A DNA stretch of 64,000 nucleotides. Origin: Penicillus capitatus. Taxonomy: Eukaryota > Plantae > Chlorophyta. A program made the translations under genes and the position numbers. The notes under the pieces are model-generated. The model was not told the DNA's origin, searched no databases, and saw nothing but the letters and a program-made list of their open reading frames with translations. The stretch lies in NCBI GenBank assembly GCA_965649825.1, contig OZ287700.1, forward strand, positions 1,116,001-1,180,000, written 5' to 3'. Position 1 is the first letter of the stretch. Each line of letters starts with the position of its first letter. Below are positions 27,950-39,150 of the stretch, one piece after another.

Positions 27950-29746
27950 GGAGTCTACAACAGTGACACACGGCCTTGCCTTTATTCTGCGTGTTATATC
28001 GCCGTCTTACTATTCATCGCCGTATTGGTCTCTGTATATTCGTTAGCACAGCAGTTCCTTCACTTTTCCTGAAGCAACGAAACAGTCTTTGCATCAAGAT
28101 TCAGCCACCGCAGTTAACTTGTTTACGATAGATAAATGAACGACGAACGCGAAACGAACGCTTCGGCGCAAACGAGCGTAAGATTTTTGTCTAACAGATT
28201 ACACAGAAATAACCATACGACTCGCAGAATAACGCCATTTTTGACTTGATGCAAAGGTCGCGGAAGTTAGTTCTATGGTTATCGTTGAACGTTGAATGAA
28301 TCTTGTTCTTCCTGGCAGTGCCCAGCAGTCCTCATGACTCGAGTTGCGCTACCTCCTTTGCGTCGTTTAAAGGGTGTTGTTGGGTCGTACAGAGCAATGG
28401 AGACCCAGAGACACAAAACTCCTGGCGTGTTTTGGTGAATGGTTTTGATAAAGCGTGGAATTAGTAAGCCGCGAATGCGTGCATCTCATTTAAATTTGAA
28501 ACTGTGAGATTCTCTGTGTGTTACAGGAGGAGCTGAACTATTGATCATGACTATGTAGTAGTCCATTTTCTGTTCGTAGGATCGATGGCGTGATTTGAAA
28601 GACGATACAATCATTTGCTGATATGATCTCAGGATGCGGCATTTCGGGACGTCTGTTACCGAACAGTGCCTCTTGACAGATTTCGGAATACCTTTGGATC
28701 TAGCCATACCAGAAAACACAGCTCTAGATCAGAATACAGTTCTTTCCAAAGGTGGACATTTAACGCTTAGCAAACGTGAAGGCACATCGGCTGCGTTTGT
28801 TGAGCTCAGCGACATTGGGTGATTCTTTTTCGACATATATGCGAGGATTTTGATTCTTCATCTGTGCCTGTTAAATTTTAAGCTGCAAGGTGTTCTAGGT
28901 ATTCCGATAAGCGATCGAAATCGACTGACACGTAGCATGGAGTCACGGGTCTTATCTTTCTACCTGTGCTCTATCCACCTTAAGATACATTTTGTTTGAT
29001 GTACGTTATGCTGCATCAAATAGCAATGATGCACTTGCATGACAGAGAGCGTGATCTGATCCAAGAAGTCGCGATCGTCCGTCTGCGGACACATTACCAC
29101 CATATTTAAGCACTTTCCGAGCTTCCTTTCTCGTTACCGCTTTGTCATGAGGCGCAGTATTGTTGATAATCAAAAAATTGATGTCGATAAAACCCACAGA
29201 CGTCGAAGAGCTATGTAAGTGTGCAGATCCTGCATGAAACGTGTTTTGTTGGAGTTTTTAAAGCCACATTTCTTCTAGCCGATGATCACGTCGAAGTCAC
29301 ACAAGATTCTAAACAAGGCCTGGAAACGGCTTGGAGAATACCGTAGTGCATGAAGTGAGTAAAAATCCGCAAATCCACAAGCACGCGAAGTGTGATTGAC
29401 AAGCTGATCGTAAATGAACGTTATGTACTCTATATTCAAGGAGACTGTAGCATCGAATCATTTTAAGACAATGATAACTGTCTGATTCGGATGATAAACT
29501 CGACAAGAAGTTTGCCTCTTGGTTAGTATTTCGACCGCTCATCAATCTTTTGTCTAATGAACACCGATTGAAAGCTTCTAAATCAGACGACTAGTGGTCG
29601 TACGAAAGTATGATGCAAGCGCCGCGTCAGCATTCGGAACGTCTTCTTCCGAGCATCCTAGCGGCTTCGCATCCTCGCAGCGACTCGGGTATTTGTTGCC
29701 AGGCGACTATCGTTGGTTCACTATCGTCGAAGAAGAGCCGAAAGAA

Positions 29747-31420
29747 ATGGAGCCATACGAAATGGGTTACGTGACCGACTCGCCTGAAGTCGAAACGTCA
29801 GTGGATGAAGGTCATCGAGATTGGGCTTCTCTTCCGTTGCCCGTCGTCGACAGTCTCGTTCGCGTACTCAAGGACACTCGCAGATGGAGACTGGAGGGTC
29901 GGTCCCTGAGAATGCTCAACAGACGCTGGTCCGCAGCCGTTAGTATGCACGTAGAGGAGATTCGTCCCGACACCACGCGAAAAATTAACGATGCGGACCT
30001 CGCGTCGCTGCTGAAGTTTGAACGAATGACATCCGTGGACATCTCGCCGTTTCTGTCTCATCCTCCCAAATGCGCATTGCCGAAAGACCGTAAACAGAAG
30101 AAACTCTGCTTGGAGAATTGGTATGGCACGAAGTTGGAGAAGCTTGTTGACGTGTTCTGCCAACTGCCGAAGCTGACGCAGATCGAAGTCGGACTGCAGG
30201 CGATGATCATCTTCCACCATCATTGTGCAATGGCGCAAGAACAGCTTTCGAGATTGGAAAGAATCACTTCAGCATACTTGTATGGCGAAGAGAACCTCAA
30301 GCTGTACGGCAAAACACAATTAAACACATCATCTATGTGGCTGTTCTGGTGTCCGAAGGACTATTCGAGCACCATGACGCAAATGGTACGCAGTCTAAAG
30401 CGATTGGAATCATTAGAAGTGGAAGGGTCCGTACTAAACGATTGCAAGCAGTTTGTCTTTCTGGACCAGATGAAAAATGTGACACTCCACGGTGTTGACA
30501 TTTGCATAGTTACCCGGTTGCCAAATCCGTGGGCGACCACAGTCTCTTCAGCGGTAGTGGAGCCGGACAATAGATCCGCACTTTACACATATGCCCATCT
30601 GAATTGTTTGGTTGGCTTAAACCTAATGGGGGCTTATCAAGACAATCTGGATCAATTGTCTCGTAGTCGTGTTGCGAGATATCTAAAGGTTCTCGATATT
30701 GACGGCTGGGAGGAAGAAGACGAACTCGTCATTCCAAACGATGCTTTCTATACCTTCGAACAGCTGGAGTGTCTGAATATTAGATCATGTCATTTCGATG
30801 GAGCATCACTCCGAGGAAGTCTGCCTAATCTAAAGGCATTAAGAATCGAAGCCTGTACATTGACGGACAGTGATGTGACTTTCGTGTCCCAGTTTAGAAA
30901 ACTCGAGCACCTGGTCTGGATGAGCGTATGCTCGCCTAATCAATCACCAAATCTGGAGTGTCGACGATTATGGCTTCGGGAGTCACTAGCTTTACCGTGG
31001 GAGAAGATGACAATGCCAAACCTTCGATCTCTAAGTGCCGTCCCAATTCTCAGTGACTCTGAGCTGATATTTATTTCGCGGAGGACGAATCTGGAAGTTC
31101 TTCACATCGGATCGGAATACGAATCCAGTCGTGCTGGAACCGTAACAGACCAAGGAATACATGCGCTGGAGAATCTGTACAATCTTCGTATCTTGGGGAT
31201 AGAATCCTTCGAACCCAGACAACGAAGAATATGGTCGTCTCTGCTGTCTACTAATCTCGTCACGAGGTTGGAGCAATTGTGGCTGGCGTGCGACGCAGAG
31301 TATCCAGAAGATGAGCAGATGTTGGAACGCTTAAGACGCAGATCACCTTATATGATTATGAAAACTGGCTATATGTACAGTTACCGTTTTCGAATTTTAA
31401 ACAATGCGTGCTTCTTTTGA
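29747..31420 (+). CDS. F-box/LRR protein copy B, intact and intronless (first in-frame ATG 29747; frame open from 29594)
   Basis: WASLPLPVVDSLVRVL..LRMLNRRWSAAV F-box-like motif followed by LxxLxL repeats (LECLNIRSC, LKALRIEAC, LEVLHIG, LRILGIE, LEQLWL). Confidence 0.88.
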   Translation: MEPYEMGYVTDSPEVETSVDEGHRDWASLPLPVVDSLVRVLKDTRRWRLEGRSLRMLNRRWSAAVSMHVEEIRPDTTRKINDADLASLLKFERMTSVDISPFLSHPPKCALPKDRKQKKLCLENWYGTKLEKLVDVFCQLPKLTQIEVGLQAMIIFHHHCAMAQEQLSRLERITSAYLYGEENLKLYGKTQLNTSSMWLFWCPKDYSSTMTQMVRSLKRLESLEVEGSVLNDCKQFVFLDQMKNVTLHGVDICIVTRLPNPWATTVSSAVVEPDNRSALYTYAHLNCLVGLNLMGAYQDNLDQLSRSRVARYLKVLDIDGWEEEDELVIPNDAFYTFEQLECLNIRSCHFDGASLRGSLPNLKALRIEACTLTDSDVTFVSQFRKLEHLVWMSVCSPNQSPNLECRRLWLRESLALPWEKMTMPNLRSLSAVPILSDSELIFISRRTNLEVLHIGSEYESSRAGTVTDQGIHALENLYNLRILGIESFEPRQRRIWSSLLSTNLVTRLEQLWLACDAEYPEDEQMLERLRRRSPYMIMKTGYMYSYRFRILNNACFF

Positions 31421-32378
31421 GTGAAATGGCATGAAAAGACGAGATTTCGATCGAAGGGCGCCTTGTTCAATCTATACAACTACACTGAAAGCAGCCAGAC
31501 CTCGTCCATTCCAGACACAGAATCCATTCGAGGAGATCTCTTGGCGTTCTGCATATATCAGGTCAATCGGTTCCTTGATTCGCGTGTCTGTGCGCCGGCT
31601 AGACGATTTTTTAAATTGACGAACGTCGGATTTTGAGACATGACAAAGTATAAACGGGTCACTCTTCTGTCCTGGATCTTTATCTATTGATGTGCGCGTG
31701 ATTTCTCGATCGCGATCATACTGCCGCGAGGTGTATCAAGACAAATCTGTACTGTTCACCGTCAACACTAAGATTGGATTTGGATTTGAGAACCAAAAGG
31801 ATCACTCCTCTGTTTCTGTTTCAATCGAATCCATCTAACGACGACTATCTGTTTGATTCGATGAAACCTAGAAACGGCAGAGTCTACTGATAGTCTTGAC
31901 GGCAACTCGAGCTTCTAACAAATATAAGAAATAGAAAGAGACAGTCGGAAGGGTCAACAAAAGGAGTGGCAAGCCTCGTTCTATCGAGGCAAACTTGATG
32001 GAAGTTAGGTAGACCAGTTATGGACGAAAGGAACGACACGTGGATCTGGTACAAGTCAAAGTGAAATTGAATTGCCTCCCAGTGCGCTCGAACCCGTTTG
32101 ACTCGTCGGCGACAGCAATCGCATTGCCCTTTACCAGATTTGTCGTTAAGTAAACGACGGGGGAGATCTGCACTGTCACAAAATCGACATCTAATGTCGA
32201 CGCTAAGAATTCTTAGAAATCCGCAAAATCGTCACTTGCAGGTTGAGCATGAACCCAAATCCACTTCCCATGTAAGAAAACAGAGATATATCTGCTCCAG
32301 TCTGGATATTCTCATCTTTCAAACCTACCAAAGCGTCTGTAGTACTTCATGCGATTTCGCACTGCTACAAGAAAAACC

Positions 32379-32433
32379 ATGTGCACGATGGGCGTATCTA
32401 CAATGTGCACGATGGGCGTATCTACAATGTGCA
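32379..32433. repeat. 24-nt tandem duplication specific to copy B
   Basis: ATGTGCACGATGGGCGTATCTACA twice plus ATGTGCA; copy A has a single diverged unit near 20200. Confidence 0.9.
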
Positions 32434-33447
32434 ATGTGCGGTGTCATTCCGAATCGACGACATCGAAAACCGTCTAATTGCGCGAAAATCGAAACTCGTT
32501 AAACATTTAAACAGTCGAGAGTGCGATTGTTTAAGCTGATAGAAGTCGATCGATCGCCAACGCGCTGATCGATGTCGATTAAATCGAACTCGATAAACAC
32601 GTCCCCTAACTGGAATCGCATCCCGGGACGCAGTTTTTCGACGAGGCTTTTTGCGATGAAACGAAGCACGTTGTACGGATAAACCCGGTATGCGTTCAAA
32701 GGTCGATGCTAGATGGAGTTGTTTTCTGTGGCCGCTTCGATGATGTTCGATCGGCTTGTCAGTGTGTCAGTGGACAGCTTTCCACCTTCGTGCAGCTGTC
32801 CAAAGAATTGCATAAATTCTTACAATTATTGTTCAAACAAACTTTGTAATCCTTACGCCTTCGTCGTTAACCCGTTGTCCGTCGACAAACACGACACAGT
32901 GTCAAATATCACGTTTGCCCATTACAATAGTATATGGAGTTAGTCAATTTTTTATAACCTTGCCAAAGTCAACTCTAGTGGTGTCGTTTTCGTGAACTTG
33001 CTTGCACGGTTTGACTACTCACAAACTAAAACGCTTTGTTTCTCTAAAATCCTAACATGGTTGATGAAGCGTGGAGAAGCGCTGATCCGGTGATCGGGTG
33101 TTTTTGAACTCTATCGCCGGACAGTGTATAACGATCGGTTCAACGGTCACACCTTCGGTACCATTGATGGAACACTCTCTTTGCATGATGTTGGCATCGA
33201 ACAATACGATAGCTATGGTTGTCGACATGGTGTCGTACTTTGCATGCTCGTCTATAAAACATCCTGCACGTCTGATGGAATCGGCTGGACCCGATTTTGT
33301 ACGACGCGACGCATCAAGCATTTTTTTGACTTTCGGACGCTCGGTCGGGTCTTCGATCTGAATGTATCCGCCATCAACCACAATCGGTCGCCTGGATCAG
33401 ACGCCGATAACAATCGGATTGACTCCGGTGTTACCTGTCACTGCGAT

Positions 33448-33577
33448 CGATGCGTTAAGAGCGCTTAGCAGCAGGAAAGATTCGCGATCGAAATCCCTTT
33501 CGCCTGCCTTATACATCATCGATAAACGATCGAAGAAAGTGATCCGATCGACGGACAATTATCTGTTTGTCTAAATG
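33448..33577. other. 130-nt non-coding block nearly identical to 21085-21214
   Basis: Single mismatch (gtGat vs gtTat). Confidence 0.85.
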
Positions 33578-34259
33578 TTTGTCTCCTTTATGGTCGATCT
33601 TCAATCGGAATAGTTTTGTATTTACTGTGTGTGATGTGTATACGCCGTAGAATGCATTCGGAGCATCAGCGACTGGCGATGATGCGAATCGGCTATCGCC
33701 GGAAGGCTAAGTTAGGTGAAGCGAGGTTTATCATTGACCCGATCGAAACGGATGACGATGTTTCAATTGGAACTGGTGAGAAAGAAGCCATCAGAATGCA
33801 TGCAGTACTCTGCGGAAGCCCAGACTGTTTTGTGTCCTGCGTTCAGTGCAGATCGGGAACGATGCGAAAGGATCCAAGAATGGAAGCTCTGCGTAGAAGA
33901 GGCATTGATCGTGGTGTAACTGTTGTAAGGTGTCAGAAAGATCGAGAAGTTTACAGAAATTCGTACAACTATATAAGCCGCGTATTTCTGTAAAACCCCC
34001 TTTTAACTTACGTCGTTTTTGACGGATCGTTTTCAGAAAGTGTCGACGATCATCGAAAACGATAACCTCGCATTGTGTCGCATCGAATTGGGTTATGTAA
34101 AGTCAGCATCACGTACGTCGATGAGCAGTACCTACCATCTATCTGAGCAGAAGATCCACAGATGCGAGAGGTTCATACAAAACCGTCAGCCACTGCCGTT
34201 TGCTTGAACATCCGCCTTGACTTGTTCTTCCGACATTTGGCAATTCGTCTTTATCGAAA

Positions 34260-34676
34260 ATGGCGACGGGAACACGTTTCTGGTGGACATTGAGCTGCGC
34301 CGTTCTTTTTCTCCGTTCAAGCGCTCTTTCCTGTGCTAACCAGAGAGTGTTTGAATGCAAAAATGGAGCCGTCGTTGTGACTTATGGACTCAATGGAGAC
34401 AAACCGTGCGATATTACCGTCAAACCAATCCCTGTCTGCACAGGCACAGATTGTAAACTGACCAAGAACGGATCAGGAATACAGGTCCGGGAGAATAACG
34501 CATTCTTCGCAGGCTGTACCGCTTTCTTGTCCTCCTCCAGACGATGCATCGCTTGGTGCCGCGATGCCGATACTGGCGGGATTCTAAGAGGCAGTTATTT
34601 TTGCGATTCGACTTCTATCGGCGACGCGGCTTGTGGGGGAACGTGCACCACGAATTGCAACCTTTACAATCCTTGA
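34260..34676 (+). CDS. Small secreted cysteine-rich protein (138 aa), intronless
   Basis: Signal-peptide-like MATGTRFWWTLSCAVLFLRSSALS; 12 Cys in the predicted mature part. Confidence 0.75.
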   Translation: MATGTRFWWTLSCAVLFLRSSALSCANQRVFECKNGAVVVTYGLNGDKPCDITVKPIPVCTGTDCKLTKNGSGIQVRENNAFFAGCTAFLSSSRRCIAWCRDADTGGILRGSYFCDSTSIGDAACGGTCTTNCNLYNP

Positions 34677-35455
34677 TTTCGAAACAACAAGCATCCTTCT
34701 GAAGAATCCAGTTGTTTTTGATCTCTTTTGATGTTGTGAAGGGCACACTTCTGTGACATGATTCGAGGAATGAGAATTTTTGGCTGACATTGTGATGTAG
34801 TGGTGGTTATGACGATTTTAACGTCCGTTTTAGTGAAAATCTACTTGTGTAGCACATGCGACGACAGTGCGCGCGGAGAGTCTCGCCAAACATCCGAGGT
34901 CATCATGATTAGAAATGCCGATCTTCTTGCGACGCGGGTGTAGGGCAATGCATCGACGTCACAGACGAGAATGGCCATTCGCATAGTTAGAATCTCGCGA
35001 CCGTCTCAGTTACAAGATTGCTTAAATAGACAAGATATACCTGTTGGAAAAAAAGAGCAGATAGAGCCTGTGCATTTCAAGAATCTTGCGCGCAGAGAAC
35101 GACGGATCGTTACAACACATGACTGGAATCGGCAGATTCTTGGTCACGGTCCCATCCTTCGTCAAACAAAGTCACTAGAATCATCGTTTGACACATGACA
35201 ACGACAGGGGCTGTTTAGACAGGAAGTCCTAGAATCAAAAAGAGAAGAAACATGTGAGGTTTTAATCGATACAAGTACCAAACAGGGTTCAAGTGACTCT
35301 CTAAAGGTCTTCGTTTCGATCGGGTTCCCGTGGACAACAAAAAAGACAACGGCAGGGACCTGAGCTGGCGATGATGAAGAATCAGCCACGCCAAAGAGTC
35401 TCATTCTACAGGATTCCCATACAACGGGTTTAAGGAATCCATCTAAACAGTGCTT

Positions 35456-36546
35456 TCATATGAGACAGGTGTCATCTCTGGACACGCATTGGGATGTGTA
35501 AAGTGGTTCGAAATTGAAGTTGGAAGGTCGCTGCAACCAGTTGTCTGCCGTCCATGTATATTTGTCTCCACTTTCGATGTAATGCACTGTATAGGCATGT
35601 CTCGATCTGTCAGAAGTGTTTTCATGGCTGAAATGCACGACACTTCCATGAAGCAAAACGAGTGTCCCGGCTTCAACCGGTAACGCCTTGAAGAGGCTGA
35701 GATCCCATTCTGGCCATTTCCCTTCCAACAACTCGAGCATTTTGCCATCACGCCTCCCGTATCTCGCATACAGTCCGTCCTTGTGCGAACCGGGAAGAAT
35801 GTATAGACAGCCATTCTCAACCGTCGCGTCCTGAAGTGCTATCCACGCCCCTATCACCGAGGGTGGATCTGTGTAAAGAAAGGAGCTGTCTTGATGAGGC
35901 ACAACTTTGCCACCGATGCGTGGTTGCTAGACAACACCCATCTATTTCACCATACATACAGATCGGACTCGGCTGTACCTTGCAGATATACATGGACTGA
36001 ACTGGCACGGGTCGCTGATAACCAAGACTTTTGAAAATCCTGCAGATCTTTTCCGATCGAGAGAAGCTTCGGAAGATTTTGTCGAGATCATGAAGCGCTG
36101 ATGTTCATCAATGAGGAAAGGTCGGAGAGGACGGGAACGAACCGTGACCGATTTTGTTGACTGCAAGGGTCTTATCGCATTTCAGCACACCAGCCTCATC
36201 GACGGCACCTTCCTCCAAGAAAAACCCGACGGAGCCAGCGCTCTTGAGGAAATAATCGGATTGTATCTTGTCCTGCGGAAGAAGTACTCTTAGCTGTCGT
36301 TAGCCTCTGGGAAAGCACCTTACTCGATCTGTGGTGGAAAAGAAAGTGACGGTTGTAGGGTCAAAGCTTTGAAGAAGCTCTGTTGCTCTTCCACGTAGCG
36401 ATATTACCTCTCTCTTCGATGCGAAGTCCTTCAAAACAAGATATCCTGTACAGATAGATAATTCAGTGCGCCATCGAACATGCGCTCGGACCTTCTGTCT
36501 CGAAGAAGTGGAGCTGTTTCTGAGACAACGTCGAAATGTATTCCAT
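35456..36546 (-). CDS. PHYHD1: Phytanoyl-CoA dioxygenase family protein (PHYHD1-like), multi-exon
   Basis: LSQKQLHFFETEGYLVLKDF, VQSMYI, PHQDSSFLYTDP (HxD), WIALQDATVENGCLYILPGSH, HGSVVHFSHEN..SRHAYTVH..NWLQ. Confidence 0.93.
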
Positions 36547-38434
36547 TCCAAGTACTATGCGAGCATTTGGAGAATGGTCACCGAGATGTGGCAACAGAGA
36601 TAATACGGTCAAAATGTGCTCATTTTGCGAAAATCCATGTTGGCATACGCGACTATACCTGTACGAAAGTCTTCTGCGTTTACTACGGGTAACCAAAACG
36701 CAGTCAGTAAAAAGGAGATTACTTAACTGCTACGATAATGTCGTTGCGCCTCATCATCACTTTGAGTGAAGAGGCCAAAAATCATGTCTTTTCTGAGTTC
36801 TGTGTACTTTTACCGCAGTATAGATAGTAGTACAGCTCGAATTGAATAGATCTCTTTTGAAAAGTTCCTTAAACCAGAGTCCCATATAAGTTAGACGGTG
36901 AAATCATGAACAGGACAAAAAGGCTAAGTTGCATAACTCATCTGGGGAATTATCGAGGTCTGGATTGTCTGTGAAGTTCGAAGGCTGCACTCTTTCGACA
37001 GTATGCTTCATCAACAAGCGATATCCACACCAGTAGACAGGTTTGATTAATGTAATCGTTTCCATGTGCTAAGCACAGGATATAGTTATCACGGGGAATA
37101 GATGCAAAGTAGTTCGAGCACGACACCGTAATGTAAAGAGAACGTGCACTTCTAAGTATCAGATCACACAGTGTACGGATTAAAAACCCTTGTCGCTGTC
37201 GATCAAAGAGTGGAAGTATGATGAAAAGATCCAATGTGCGATAGGATGTAGACTCCTCACTGTTTGAAAACGATTATCGGATTGTTACTTACTACTGTCC
37301 GCATTCAGATCTTGGTCGATGTTATGTTCCGTCGCTGTCATTCTTTCTAAGAACTCTTCATCATTGGCTTTCATCAGTCGCACAATTTTGTGTGGCATGC
37401 AAACAGCGTATGTGGCTAGAAATTCATATTCAAGTCTGGTCTTCCTGTTCGTCAGGTTAGTTACACCTGCGACAATCGTAAAAACAAGCAGTTTAACTGC
37501 TTGATGGTGCGGTTTGTCGTTAAGTTACGACGTCGAGATAAATCATACGCACTTATTTTTTGGATCCGAGTCGATCGATCCTCTTCATCGAAACCGAATC
37601 GGATGGATCGTTTGTGCAATTCGTCTTTGTTTGTTCGATCGCCTATCGATCGATATCGCGATTTCGCGATCAAATCACGTTTTCGATTGACTAAGCACCT
37701 ATATAAAACTTATTTATAATGACTCGTTTACGAAAAACCAACTAACTTCATTAGTGTTTGCTCTAATCTTGTCATTTTTATGTTAGGCTTCATCCAAATT
37801 TCTTCGCATCGCAATTAGTATGTTCTCCTTTCAGCTCTGTTCTTAATTTGTTTTAATACGCCTTTAATTTTGTCCGATCGATCGCCAATTGTACGCCATT
37901 GTTAAGCGTGGCGGAATGTCAGCCTCGGCAAGTTCTTCTTCAATATCTACAATAACTTAAAATCTAATGCATAAATGAGAATAGAATCTTACATGTTTTC
38001 TCGGAAAAAGTCTTCGCAGTTTAACATCGCGTACTTTATTTGCCCGATGCGTATATTCTTGTCGCCGATCCATTTTTGAACAAAATCGTGGAGCTCGCTC
38101 GACTCTCTGATTTCCTCGTCTAGTTCAGCTGCTTTCTTTTGCAAGCCGGTGCGTTTGTGTTATATTTTCTTCAGAGATAAGTAAATACCCACTTTCAATA
38201 ATGAAAACACTAAAGGTACGTCGATGTTGTGAGTCAGAATCAGATGTAAGTAAGTAAGTGTCTTAAAGCGTTCACAAAGGAAAATGTCAAAATCAGAAAA
38301 CCTCTTATTAACTTTCTATTTATATACATGCTGTGACCATCATCATGTCGCTATCATCATGACTTGTTAACATCTCTCGACAGTCAACACGTCAATAAAT
38401 ACCCGGAGATTGTGTTGGGCACGATGCGTTATGA

Positions 38435-39150
38435 ACCGTACGATTACACAAGCCGTGTACGTATGTAGAACATCCTTTTAGCCCACGTCTTCAAAAATGC
38501 TTTTACAAAACTATCAACAATCATCGCAAACCATTAATTGAACCTCACCGTGTCGCAGCGAAATATCCTCGCGACCCCCGTTTGGATTTTTTCAGTTCGG
38601 CATGTCGAACATTAATTTGTAACGTTGGTTCTTACTTATTATGCAACAACGAATCTTGAAGGCAGGGAGATCAACCATTCTAGCATTTTTCTTTTAAACG
38701 TGTATTGTACTAGGTAGACATTGGTGAAAGGTGTTCGTTAGATGGATCAATCGTCAATCACACGAAATAGCTATCGATCTCTTATCGATCGTGACGATTG
38801 ATATGACCTCTCGCAACAATCGGTTGATCAATCGCGATGATAGACAACATAGTTTGCCGGAGAAGTTACATGCTACTCTTGCATATCCTCATATTAGTCC
38901 AAATTCAGCTTCATGTCTTTGGCAGGTTTGGAAATGCCTGAGAGATGCCTTTTTTGATACACGAAACACAAGTCAAGACTTCTTTCGACGTAAGATCCCA
39001 TCGAACAACCTCCAGTGGTGATGTGTGTAAAACGAGAGACATCGTTGGTTTATTTCTCGATCCTTTCACTGTCAGTGCATTGTGCAGTAAACGAGGGACG
39101 ATGCACTGGAGCACGATGTTATTCTTTTCTGTAAGCAGTATGTCGATCAG
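38435..39150 (+). repeat. Segment homologous to 21590-22255 (NLR downstream region and 3' end)
   Basis: Shared strings such as attaattgaacctcac, gttcggcatgtcga, gagacatcgttggtttatttctcgatcc. Confidence 0.9.

Larger units (their letters stand above)
29540..34085 (+). repeat. Segmental duplication copy B (F-box/LRR gene + spacer)
   Basis: Colinear with about 17345-21720 at an offset of about 12.2 kb. Confidence 0.92.
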
